Origin: Mobula hypostoma
Lineage: Eukaryota
NCBI RefSeq assembly: GCF_963921235.1
Contig: NC_086108.1
Coordinates: 57,290,001-57,354,000 of the forward strand
Direction of reading: 5' to 3'
DNA: 64,000 nucleotides
Shown: positions 50,650 to 62,975 of the stretch, one piece after another
How the letters are laid out: every line of letters begins with the position of its first letter
Position numbering within the stretch: the first letter of the stretch is position 1
The notes under the pieces: model-generated
Told to the model about the DNA's origin: nothing
What the model saw: only the letters and a program-made list of their open reading frames with translations
Databases searched by the model: none
Position numbers and translations under genes: made by a program

Positions 50650-51840
50650 AAATACTCCAAAAGCACATCCTTAACAATCGACTCCCAACATCTTCCCAAA
50701 CACTGAGGTCAGACTAACTAGTCTATAGTTTCCCTTCTTCTGCCTCTCTCCCTTCTTGAAGAGTGGAGTGACATTTGCAATTTTCAAGTCTTCCGGAACC
50801 ATTCCAGAATAGAGTGATTCTTGAAAGATCATTACTAATGTCTCCACAAACTCTTCAGCCACCTGTAAGTCCAGGTGACTTATCTACCTTCAGGCCTTTC
50901 AGTTTCCCAAGAACCTTTTCCTTGTAATGGTAACTTCACACACGTCATGCCACCTGACACCGGGAACTTCCACCATACTGCTAGTGTCTTCTACAGTGAA
51001 GACTGATGCAAAATAATTATTCAGTTCATCTACCATTTCCTTGTCCCCCATTACTCGCTCTCCAGCATCGTTTTCCAGCAGTCCGATATCCAGTCTCACC
51101 TCTCTTTTCTAGTTAATGTATCTGATGACATTTTTGATACCTTCTTTAATATTATTGACTAGTTTACTTTTGTATTCCATCTTTACCTTGTTAATGACTT
51201 TTTAGTTGGTTTTTAAAACCTTCCCAATCCTCTAACTTCCCACTAATTTTTGCTCTATTACATGCTTTCTCTTTGGCTTTTATGTTGTCTTTGACTTCTC
51301 TTGTTAGCCACAATTGCATCATCTTACTTTTAGAATACTTCTCCCTTTTTGGGACGTGTATATCCTGTGCCTTCTGCATTGCTTCCAGAAATTCCAGCCA
51401 TTGCAGCTCTACTTCATCCCTGCCAGTGTTCTTTTCCAATCAATTTTGGCCAAATCCTCTCTCATGCCTCTGTAATTCCTACTCCACTGTAATACTGATA
51501 CATCTGACCTTAGCTTCTCCTTCTCAAATTTCAAGGTGAATTTGATCATCTTTTCATCACTCTCCCTAAGGGTTCTTTTACCTTAAGCTCTCTAATCAAT
51601 TCTGGTTCATTGCACAACACCCAGTCTAGAATAGCTGATCCTCTCATGGGCTCAACCATGAGCTGCTCTAAAAAGCCATCTTGTTGGCGTTCTAGAAATT
51701 CCCCCTCCTGGAATCCTGCACCAATGTGATTTTCCCAATCTACCTGCATGATGAAATCCCCCATGACTATTTTAACATTGCCCTTTTGGCATGCATTTTG
51801 TATCGCCCATTGTAACTTGTAAACTACATCCTTACTACTA

Positions 51841-51970
51841 ACAAGAGAAAATCTGCAGATGCTGGAAATCTGAGCAACACACATAAAATGCTGGGTGAAC
51901 CCAGCAGGCCAGGCAGCATCTATGGAAAAGAATACACTTGACGTTTCGGGCCAAATCCCTTCGGCAAGAC
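51841..51970 (-). mobile_element. Penelope-like pLTR fragment, degenerate hammerhead
   Basis: acaagagaaaatctgcagatgctgg...cagcaggccaggcagcatct...gacgtttcgggcc nested in CR1. Confidence 0.7.
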
Positions 51971-53609
51971 TCCTACTGTTTGGTGTCTGTATGTAACCCC
52001 CGTCAGGATGTTTTTACCCTTGCAGTTCCTTAGCACTATCCACAATGTTTCAACATCTTTCGACCCTATGCCAATTCATTCTAATGATTTAATTTTGTTC
52101 TTTACCAAAAGAGCCACAACATCCCCTCTATCTGCCTATCCTTTCAATACAATGGACATTAAGCTCCCAGCTATAATCTTCTTTCAGCCTGATTCGGTGA
52201 TGTTTACTTCATTCTTGCTAATCTGTAACTGTGCTACAAGTTCATCGACCTTATTCCTTATACTGCCCACGTTCAAATATAACACCTTTAGTCCTGTATT
52301 CACCCTTTTCAATGTTGTTCACTTTTTAACATGGCAATTCATCCTGTTGACTGCAATTTTGCCCTATCATCAGCCTCTCCTTGCTGAGAGTCTCACTACA
52401 CATTGCTTCTGTGTGTGAACCAACTACCTCATCCTCAGCACTGTCACTGATTCCCATCTCTCTGCAAATTTAGCTTAAGCTCGCTCAGGCAACTCTAGCC
52501 AACCTGCCCGCAAGGATATTGGACCCCCTCGGGTTCTGGTGTAACCCGTCCCTTTTGTACAGGTCATACCTTCCCCAAAAGAGATCCCAAAGATCCATAA
52601 ATCTGAACTCCTGCCCTCTGCACCAGTTCCTCAGCCACGCATTCACCTGCCAAATCATCCTATTCTTACCGTCACTGGCACATGACGCAGGCAGCAATCC
52701 TGGAGGTCCGGTTTCTCAGCTTTCGACCTAGCTCCCTAAAATCTCTCTTCAGGACTTCCTCACCTTGTCTACCTATTTCATTGGTGCCAATATGCACCAA
52801 GACTTCTGGCTGCTCACTCTTGCCCTTGGGAATGCCATGGACCTGATCTGAGACATCCCTGATCCTAGCACCAGGGAGACAACATACCATCCTGGTGTTT
52901 CTATCACACCCACAGAACCTCGTCTTTGTTCCTCTAACTAAAGTATCTGTTTTCAACACTGAAGTGTTCTTCACCTCTTTGCTCTTCTGTGCCACAGCAC
53001 CAGACTCAGTATTAGAGACCTGGTCAGTGTTGCTCCCCCCGGTAGGCTGTCCCCCTCAATAGTATCTGATAAGTTAAATAATATTGAGGGGAATGGCCCC
53101 AGGTACTCTGCACTGGCTGTGCATTTCTCCTCCTTCTCCTGATGGTCACCCAGTTACCTGTCTCCTGCAACCTTGGGGTACCTACCCCCCTGTAACTCCT
53201 GTCTGTCACCTCCTCGTTCTCCCACATGAGTCGAAGGTTGTCAAGCTGCAGCTCCAATTCCATAACACGCTCTCTTAGGAGCTGCAACTAAGTGCACTTG
53301 GTGCAGATGTGTTTATCTGGGAGTCGGGACATCTCCCAGACTTCCCACATCCCACACACAGTACAAAACACTGCCCTGGAGCCATTCTCACTGTAGTACA
53401 CTAATAGATGAGGAATGAACAAATAGGAGCAGAGAGAGAGCAACACAAGATACTTTACCTCACCCAAGCCTGATCTCCTACACTCCTGTGCTTTTTTTAT
53501 TGGTCCTTTCTAACGAATCCCTCTAGTGGATTGGTCGCTCCTCAACTCAAAGAATCCGCAGTGAAACTCTGTCTTTGAAATCTTGATCGACACACTGATT
53601 AAAAGGTAG

Positions 53610-54220
53610 CTCTTCTTATGCACCACTGATGTGGATTGATGCGGGTTTGAATACAGAGTGATGGTATATACATCAAGGGTGGTGGGTTGGAGACATGTCT
53701 CTACCAATGGAGGTGTAAGGCGCTCCTTCCCTCCGCTATCCTGCGGGTCACCCTTGGGCAAGTTGTAGTATCTGCTTAATATTGAGATATTCATAGACTG
53801 GTGTCATGCAAGTGATCAGATAATATCAAACACATGGTCCAAGCAGCACATAAGAGGGTTATTGATTTGGAGAAACCCAGAAAATTGGTACTGCAATTAA
53901 ATAGACTACATCACAATCAGCAAGCATTTCAGGAATGCTATGCAACAGTCCAAGGCATATTCAGGAGTGGACTGTGAGGGTGGCCATGTTCCAGTGATAT
54001 TCAAGCTGAAGGTTAAGTTTAGACTGTTAAAGAAGTCCAAGGGTAATATCAAATTAGACCTGGCTTACTTGAAAGATTGGATGTGAGGATGAAATACATT
54101 GTAGCAGTGAAGAACAGATTTGAAGCTCTGACTGTGGAGAGCACACCAAGCTGGTTGAAGTTTAAACAGGCAGTGATGGATGTGTCTAATAAAGTGATAC
54201 CAAAAAAGAGAAAATAGATT
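53610..54220 (+). mobile_element. RTE-clade LINE fragment (probable 5' UTR piece plus end of AP endonuclease)
   Basis: From about 53795: DWCHASDQIISNTWSKQHIRGLLIWRNP...*IDYITISKHFRNAMQQSKAYSGVDCEGGHVPV, matching the RTE pattern NTxFxxHxRRxYTWxSP...QIDYI...YPGADCxSDH. Confidence 0.7.
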
Positions 54221-54930
54221 AATAACCCAGATCTTATCATGGAGCTTAATGTAAAGGAACCATCAGGAGGCAGTGATCAGAATATGATTTAACTTATACT
54301 GCAATTTGAGAGGGAGAAGCATAAGTGACATGTATCAGTATCACCATGGAATAAAAGGAATTACAGAGGTCTGAGAGAGGAGCTTGCCCAGGTGGATTGG
54401 AGGAGGATACTGGCAGGGAATGGTGGCAGAGAAGAGATGGCTGAAGTTTCTGGGAATAGTTCACAAGGTGCAGGATAGATAAGTCCCACAGAAGAAGTAG
54501 TTCTCAAATGGCAGGGGAGGTCAGCCATGGCTGACAAGGGAAATTAGGACTGGATAAAAGCGAAGGAAAGGGCATGTAAGGTAGCGAAAGTGGGTGGGAA
54601 ATTGGATGATTGGGAAGCTTTTAAATTCCAACAAAAGGCAACTAAAAAAGCTATAACAAAAAGGATGAATATGAGGGCAAACTAGCAGGATACGAAAAGT
54701 TCTGTCTGTTATATAAAGAGTAAAAGGGAGGTGACAGTTGATATTAGACCACTGGAAAATGATGCTGGTGAGGTAGTAATGGGGAACAAAGAAATGGCAG
54801 ATGAACTTAGTACGTACTTTGCATCAGTCTTCACTGTGGAAGGCACTAGCAGTGTGCCAGAGGTCTGTGAGTGTCAGGGAGCAGGAGAGTGCCATTGCTA
54901 TTACAAAGGAAAAGGTGCCAGGCAAACTCA
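54220..54930 (+). mobile_element. CR1 ORF2 internal fragment
   Basis: PLENDAGEVVMGNKEMADELSTYFASVFTVE, homologous to 50899-51099. Confidence 0.8.
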
Positions 54931-56599
54931 GTGGAACTGGTTTATGTGAAGTGAGTACTAGGGCAATCAGTGCATGAAAGCTATTTTCTACTAAAATTAG
55001 CACATGTGGCAAGAGCCTTATCTTTGACTGGTCAGCACAGTCTGAACAATGACAGTTTATATAGAGAGTGGGGAATTACTGGATTGCATTGCCAGGGAGG
55101 ATGATGAAAATGTGGTTGCTTGTAGCACTTAAATATCTGGATGAGAACTTGAATGACTTAGACATAAAGCCTGTCGGCCAAGTTCTAAAAGGTTGGGTTA
55201 ATACTGATGGGACCCCACTGATTAACATGGATATGGTGGGTGAAGTGGGCTCTTTTCAGTCTGTATGAAAGTACAACTCCATGTGGCCCCATACCTCATC
55301 AGATCATTGTTTTAAAAACTGTGCCATCTTCGGAGTGGTATTTCTGTATTCAACATACTGTATTTACATTGCTTTGTTTTTTTTTCTTTTTTTTTGCTCA
55401 TCTATTAGGCCATCTTTTGTGGGAATACATTACAATTTTGTGCAGCTCTGATATCCAAAGCCAGATGTAGTTGTTACTTCCACGAGACAGGCAGACATAT
55501 CCCCATTATCTCCTTGTTTCCATTAAAATTTCCCTAGATATAGTTTCTAGCAGATTTATCACATGCTCCCTGATTCTCCACCACCACACACATCACATCC
55601 CACAGATATTTTTCTTCTTTACTTCTGTTCAGGATTGGCACTTGATTACAATCGGGAATCTCTCATGAGTGCCACTCATGGTTAAGCCTACTTACGTGAC
55701 ATTCTTAAAATCAGAAAATACTGGAAGCATTCAGCAGATCAGACAGCATCTGTGAAAGGAGCTATCTGACATGCTGAAATTTTACAGCACTTTATGTTTT
55801 TATTTAAGACTTGCAGCATCTGCAGGTTTTGATTTTCTCATAACATTTACATTTTGTAACAAGAATCAATGGATAACAATCATAAGTTTTATTCTCACTG
55901 ATCCTTGGCAAAGAGGCTCGTGGTAATGTTCCAACCACTGTCCAGTGAAATTAGGCAATTCAGCACCACACAGAAACAAATCTCCAACTTTACTAAACAA
56001 AAACAGAAAATGTTCAAAACACTTAAGAATCCAGACATCATTGTAGGAACAGAATCTGAATTAAAATTAAGATTCGGACCCTTTTTCTGAAATGGGGTAG
56101 ACAGAACTTTATTTCTCACTAAGTATCCTTAGCAATTGAGGCATTATGTTATCAGATCATGTCAAGGTTATAAAATACAGAACAGACACATGCTAACCTC
56201 ACCAAACAATCTTTGAAAAAATGAGTGAAGCAGGCTTAGAAGTCCAGATTTGAGCTGTGGTGAGTTAGCTGATGGCAATGCCCTGGAAATTCGAGGTAGA
56301 GGCAAAGAGGTAGCAATTGCCACTAACTTTGATGAAACCAATCCACAAAGATTGAGAGGGTTTCATGGCGTAGATTTAACTTTCTGATGTGATTCACAAT
56401 CAGGCACTTTCTGGAGGAGATTTGCAGAATAAAGCAACAGTAGAATCATTAAGGTAGCTAAATAATCAACCAGACTGCAAAATGCTAATTTATTTAACTT
56501 TTTTAAATTTTAAAAAAGTGGAATTGATTGGCTCATATAAGATAATGGAGTTGTAACTTTTTTTAAACAAACCTTAAAAAATACCTAAAATAGAAGGTA

Positions 56600-56736
56600 A
56601 CACACATCAAAGTTGCTGGTGAACGCAGCAGGCCAGGCAGCATCTCTAGGAAGAGGTACAGTCGACGTTTCAGGCCGAGACCCTTCGTCAGGACTAAATG
56701 ACGGAAGAGTTAGTAAGAGATTTGTTGTTTGCGTTT
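56600..56736 (-). mobile_element. Penelope-like pLTR insertion with intact hammerhead motif, 14-bp TSD
   Basis: TSD taaaatagaaggta at 56586-56599 and 56737-56750; minus strand 56660-56695 AGTC-CTGACGA-AGGgtctcggCCT-GAAA-CGTC-GACT; short plus-oriented tail gttgtttgcgttt. Confidence 0.85.
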
Positions 56737-57320
56737 TAAAATAGAAGGTATTTATTATGCTGTAAGAATATTTAGCTTTTTTTGTGCAGGGGATGTTCAG
56801 TACTAATCACTTATCAGTACAATGTTAGAAGTTCAGTTAGACTGCATTCTGGTGTTTACATTACACAAAGAAAATGTAGATCTCATCAAATCACTAGTTC
56901 TATGTTGACTACATCTGAGAAGAATGCAATGCCATATCCAGTGAAGGAGTGGTGTATTACCATCCACAATGCTTAGATTTCCACATTGAATTGTGAATTT
57001 GCAACATCTCAGAACTTTTAGCCAGTTTTGCAGAATAAAGACAATATTCCCAATTGAAGGAGAGGGAATAATCCGCTATGGATTATGCTCCCAACTGCTA
57101 TCGCAACAGAAAGTGTATATGCTTTGATATCAGGAGAATGGAGGAATGAGATCAGTGGGACCACTTCCATGGTTGAATAAGTTAGTACTTAAGAGATTTT
57201 TTCCTGTTGAAATGTTGAAGTGACCCCAGCACCCAAAAGCTGCACAAGAAAATGATGAGATACAGAAAAAAGTGGATGAAGACGATAATAAAGGAGTTGA
57301 TAGAAATGATCTGAGAGGTT

Positions 57321-57610
57321 GGCAGCACAGTGAGTACCGCTGAGCAGCTGCTGTCTCACAGCTCCAACGAACCACATTCAATCCTGCCCTCCAGTGCTGT
57401 TAGTGGGAAGTACACATTCTTCCTGTGATTACACGGATTTCCTCCCACATCACAAAGTTGAGATTTTGGTTGGTTAATTGGCTGCCATAACTAACCCTGG
57501 GCATGTTAGTAAATGGTAGGATGTGGGGAGAATGAAATGTGATTTTTATAGGTGCTCGATGGTGTGAATTCGGTGAATAGAAGAGCCCACTTCCATGCTG
57601 TATGACTCCT
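57321..57610 (+). mobile_element. HE1/V-SINE-like SINE, diverged
   Basis: tRNA-like head ggcagcacagtgagt...cattcaatcctg, V-domain-like ttcttcctgtgattacacggatttcctcccacatc, CR1-type tail ccatgctgtatgactc. Confidence 0.65.
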
Positions 57611-58754
57611 GTGCACTTTGTAAACAGGCCTATTGCTTTATACTGTATAAACATGCAGAAGATTAACAAATAGCACCCTCTAAATATAGTGGCAAATAAA
57701 TTTGAGTTTGACAGCAACTTTTTTAATTTAGTGACCTTGGTGTAGTGAAATAGAACAAGGTGATTCATGGGAGAGTTAACAAATGGAATATGACCAAGTT
57801 AGGAGATATCACAACAGTATTCTATAAATATGGGCCAAAATTACATAGGTTTGGCTTTATTACAAAGGGAAAAATGAGAGGCATAGAATTAGAGGTTTAG
57901 TGAGAGATAATTTTGCAAATGCGAAAGAAGAAATGACACCAAGTCTTAAATTATATTCTCTGCAAGTGAACTTCATTCAGAATGGAAAATTGCAATAAAT
58001 TCAAAACAGCAGATTAAAGGAGCTCAAATGCAACATTCGTTTTTGTTTACAATGACACCTTAACTCTGGATTTGTAGATTACAATTTTGAAATCAGATGG
58101 ATATAATTTAGAGATAATTATGTGTATTGTCACCAATTTTATCTGCCCTATTCTAAAATTTGGTTTTAAATCTGTGCTTTTGCTTGCAACAGTTGTTGGA
58201 CCGAATAAAACTGCCACACAGTAGTTGTAACTGGGAAATACAAGAATCTTTATTCACACAGTGAACGTCCAAGAGAAACTGAGATAATTTTACTCTCTTG
58301 ACACTATCTTTCTTCAACACAATGAATGATTAACTACAGTTTCAATTGCTATAAACACCTATTTAACAATAACATTTTGAATAGTGAGCTACATTTATAT
58401 GGTTATAAATCTACAATGGTAGCACATCCCAATGAGGCAAACCCTTTTCAATATTCAAATCTGGTTTCAAAGAGTACAAGCTCCAGACACATAAAATGTA
58501 AACCTTTTGTTACAGAATTAAAGGATGGCTTTGTGAATATCCAACTAATTAGAAGGCATGCATGTCAAAACAGAGCTGTCCTGAACTGTGCATTAAATGA
58601 AATTATTAGCACCTTTAATAATGTTCTAATAGCAGAAACATTCATGAATTGTCTTCACCAGTGTAGTTTCAATGCAACAGAATCAGAATGTTCCACATCC
58701 TGTGATTGGTTTCACTAGCTGCAGAGTATCAATTGGAAGTTAAATTAAATTGTG

Positions 58755-58890
58755 AACAAACAAGAGAAAAACTGCAGATGCTGGAAACCCGAAATACACA
58801 CACAAGATGCTGGAGGAACTCAGCAGGCCAGGCAGCATCTATCGAAAAAAGTACAGTCCATGTTTCCGGCCGAAACCCTTCGGCAGGGCA
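58755..58890 (-). mobile_element. Penelope-like pLTR fragment, degenerate hammerhead
   Basis: Same family as 51841-51970; core altered. Confidence 0.7.
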
Positions 58891-59311
58891 GAAAAATCGT
58901 GTCCAGGTTTTATTTCTCGAAGACTGGTTCTCATTTTAGTTGATCCATAATTATGCTACTCATAAGTTATTCTGCCAGAATGATCTCCAGCTGCTGACGA
59001 GGGTAATGTTATGTGTGCACTCCAGTTCTTTAATGTGTAAAAGCAAACATCCCATGGGATTCAAAATACTAGTGTTGTGTTAAAACTTAGCCTTTCAAAT
59101 GATCACAGGAAGGCTCTACATTGTACAGCAGTTTACTAAATCATAACAGGTATAGAAAGATGGATGGTCACAGTGTTTTGCCCCGAGGTAGGGGATTCTA
59201 AAACAAGAGAGCATAGGGTTAAGGTGAGATATTAGGGGAGATTTAAAGGGGGCCTGAGAGACAAGATTTTACACACAGAAGGAATCAGAATCAGAATCAG
59301 GTTTATTATAC

Positions 59312-62300
59312 TTCATACTTTATTGTCGCCGAACAATTGGTACTAGAACGTAAAATCATCACAGCAATATTTGATTCTGCGCTTCACACTCCCTGGATTA
59401 CAAATATTAAATATTAACAATATTAAAAATAATAAAAATTAGTAAATATTAAAATTTTAAATTATAAATCATAAATAGAAAATAGAAAAATGGAAAGTAA
59501 GGTAGTGCAAAAAAAAACGGAGAGGCAGGTCCGGATATTCGGAGGGTATGACCCAGATCCAGGTCAGGATCCATTCAGCAGTCTTATCACAGTTGGAAAG
59601 AAGCTGTTCCCAAATCTGGCCATACGAGTCTTCAAGCTCCTGAGCCTTCTCCCGGAGGGAAGAGGGATGAAAAGTGTGTTGGCTGGGTGGGTCGTGTCCT
59701 TGATTATCCTGGTAGCACTGCTCCGACAGCGTGCGGTGTAAAGTGAGTCCACGGATGGAAGATTGGTTTGTGTGATGTGCTGCGCCATGTTCACGATCTT
59801 CTGCAGCTTCTTTCTGTCTTGGACAGGACAACTTCCATACCAGGTTGTGATGCACCCTAGAAGAATGCTTTCTATGGTATATCTATAAAAATTAGTGAGG
59901 GTTTTAGGGGACAGGCCAAATTTCTTTGGTTTCTCAGGAAGTAAAGGCGCTGGTGGGCCTTCTTGGCAGTGAACTCTGCTTGGTTGGACCAAGTCAGGTC
60001 ATTTGTAATATTGACCCCAAGGAACTTAAAGATTTTGACCTGTTCCACTTGCGCACCACTGTTGTAAATTGGGTCATGTGGTCCACTACTCCTTCTGAAG
60101 TCAACAACCAATTCCTTCGTCTTGCTGACATTGAGGGATAGGTTATTGTCTTCGCACCGTGCCACCAGGTTCTTAATTTCCTCTGTACTCAAGCTCATCA
60201 TTATTCGAGATACGACCTACAATTGTGGTGTCATCGGCAAACTTATATATTGAGTTTGATGGAAACTTGGCTACACAATCATGGGTGTACAGAGAGTACA
60301 GCAGGGGGCTGAGTACACAGCCTTGTGGGACAGCGGTTCTCAGAGTGATTGTAGAGGAGAGCTTGTCCCCTATTTTTACAGCATGTTTGTGAGGAAGTTG
60401 AAGATCCAGCTGCAGATCTGAGTGCTAAGGCCCAGGTTCCGGAGCTTAGGAATCAGTTTATTTGGAATAATGGTATTAAAAGCAGAGCTGTAGTCAATGA
60501 AAAGGAGCCTTACGTATGCATCCTTATTCTCCAGGTGTTCTAAGGAGGAATGTAGGGCCAGAGGGATGGCATCTGACGTTGACCTGTTGCTCCGGTAGGC
60601 GAATTGCAAAGCGTCGAGGTTGACCGGTAGGCTGTGGTTGATGTGTGCCATAACCAATCTCTCGAAGCACTTCATAGCAATTGATGTCAGAGCCACAGGT
60701 CGATAGTCATTCAGGCGTGCCATCTTGCTCTTCTTCAGCACTGGGATTATCGTTGCTGTCTTAAAACACGAGGGGATCTTAGACTGAAGCAAGGAGCAGT
60801 TGAAGATGCCAGCAAACACTCCAGCTAGCTTGCTTGCACAGGCCCGAAGAACCCGTCCTGGGACGTCATCTGGGCCCGTTGCCTTCCTTGGATTTATCTT
60901 CAGGAAGGCCCTTCTAACGTCCTCCTCGGTGACGATGAATCTCAATGCCACCAGGTCCGGGTCATCCGGAGGGAGCGGGACGCTCCTCTTCTGTTCGAAT
61001 CTTGCGTAGAATACGTTAAGTTCGTCAGGAAGAGAAGCGCCACAGTTATTGATATTCCCAGCCTTTTCCTTGCGCCCAGTGATCTCATTTAGACCCTGCC
61101 ATAGTCTACTGGCATCCCTTTGGTTAGCCTGGGCTTTCATCTTGGCTCGATATTGCCTCTTGGCACCCTTAATGGGCTTCCGGAGTTCATGCCTGGATTC
61201 CGTGTAGCCACCTGTATCCCCGGACCTAAAAGCCATAGCTCTAGCCTTTAAAAGGGACTTGACCTCATAATTCATCCAAGTCTCCTGACATGTTTACCCC
61301 TCACACCCTGTCTACTGAGCAGCCTTTGGGGCGGTGAATCAGGGTGGTGATTCACCTGATATAGAGTGGTGAGACACACCCAGAGCCCAGTGCCAGGATC
61401 CAAGCCTGGACTGTGTGGAGCAGACCAGACAACTATGGATATGACAGTAATGCACTCCTAGGGTAAATTGGGAAAGCGTGATTAACTCTGGAAAATTCAC
61501 TCTGATGTCTCCAGCCGCAGTGCACGCAGGTTCAAAACACGTGTGGTGACAATGGTCAGCGGAGAAAGATATTGGCTTATTGTGGGCAAATGGGATTAGT
61601 GCAGATGGCAAAAGGCTTGGCATGGATTTGGTGGGCCGAGTGGCCTGTTACTTTGCTGTACAACTTTGAGAGTCTGACCACAGTACACCGACCAAAAACA
61701 TGATTGTACCAGAGTTGTAACACAAACAGGTGTTGCAATGGTGGAGGGGCAGTACTGACAGGAACAGTGTGGATCCAAAATAACATCTCCTTGCTAACAA
61801 TCTCCACTCTCACACCTCAAGGTTGCGTGTTTATGCTCATGAGTGTGCAGTTAGGCACAGCTCAAATGCCATTTATAAATTGAATGATGACACCACTGTT
61901 GTGGGTAAAATTTCAGATGATGATGAGGAGGCGTACAGGCGCAGGATAGGTTGGCTGGGTGAGTGGTGCTGCAACAACAAGATCGCACTCAACGTCAGTA
62001 AGACCAATAATTGATTTGGGGACTTCAGGAAAGATATATCAGGAGCACGCATAACTGTCCTCATCGAGGGATCAGCAGTGGTAAGGGTGAGCAGTTTCAG
62101 GTTCCTGTGTGTCAACATCTCTGAAGATCTATCCTGCGCCCAACATATTGGTGTAAAGACGAAAAAGACCTCCAGAGGCTATATTTCATTAGGAGGAGAT
62201 TTGGTATGTCATCAAAAACTCTGGCTAATTTCTACAGATGTACTGTGGAGAGCATTCTGACTGGTGTGGAGGATCAGAAAAAAACTGCAGAGGGTTGTAA

Positions 62301-62975
62301 ACTCAGTCAGCTCCTTCATGGGCACTAGCCTCCTCACCACTGCGGATACAACAGGGTCTTTTAAGAGCCTCTTGGATAGGTACATGGAGCTTAGAAAGAT
62401 AGAGGGCAATGCACTAGGGAAATTCTAGGCAGTCTCTAGAGTAGGTTACATGGTCAGCACAACATTGTGGGCCGAAGGGCCTGTAATGTGCTGTAGATGT
62501 CTATGTTCTATGTTCTACATGTTTCTGGTTAGGGAATACCCAGATCGTCTTGCGAGACACACAGTCCTCCGTGCATTTCCAAATAAAGTCCATGACAGCT
62601 GAGGCATACTCATCGAGGTTAGCTGCCGAGTCCTTGAATACTAACCAGTCCACTGATTCAAAACAGTTATGGAAGACCTCATTCGTTTCCTCCATCCAAT
62701 ACGACACTACTTTTGACACCGTGACCTCCTGCTTCAGTTTCTGTTTGTAAGCTGGGAGGAGGAGTACGGCCTGATGGTCCGATTTTCCGAAGTGAGGTCG
62801 TGGGACGGAACAGTAGGCATCCTTGACTGCTGTGTAGCAGTGGTCAAGTATATTCGGCCCTCTAGTGGGGCAGGAGACATGTTGGTATAACTTTGGCAGC
62901 GCCTTTCTGAGGTTGGCCTGGTTAAAGTCCCAGGCTGTAATGTGCAAAGCCTCTGGATACCTGGTCTCAAGTTCA
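59312..62975 (-). mobile_element. Rex1/Babar LINE (element B), 5'-truncated, interrupted at 61281-62520
   Basis: EN end ILDHCYT...FGKSDHQAVLL (62521-62975); 299-aa ORF with NDYRPVALTSIAMKCFERLV, LQFAYRSNRST, LLFIDYSSAFNTI; C-terminus FGNSFFPTVIRLLN. Confidence 0.9.
61281..62520 (+). other. 1,240-bp composite insertion (unassigned DNA, old CR1 tail, Rex fragment, young CR1 3' end)
   Basis: Removing it rejoins the Rex ORF as ...PNQK-PWMNYEV with no base lost or duplicated; ends in CR1 tail ctatgttctatgttctacat. Confidence 0.75.

Larger units (their letters stand above)
49105..53400 (-). mobile_element. Near full-length CR1 LINE (ORF1 with SGNH-esterase-like domain, endonuclease, RT), frameshifted
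   Basis: ORF1 CLPGARIRDV...VLVHIGTNEIG...WLRNWC...LYKRDGLHQN; EN IVMGDF...AILDWVLCNEP; RT KIANVTPLFKKG...[21 protein letters not shown]...KFAD; C-terminus RNFFSQRLVNMWNLLP. Confidence 0.9.

Noticed and set aside
57130..57320. Purine-rich, exon-like stretch
   Set aside because: No recognisable protein in any frame and no convincing splice-site pair.
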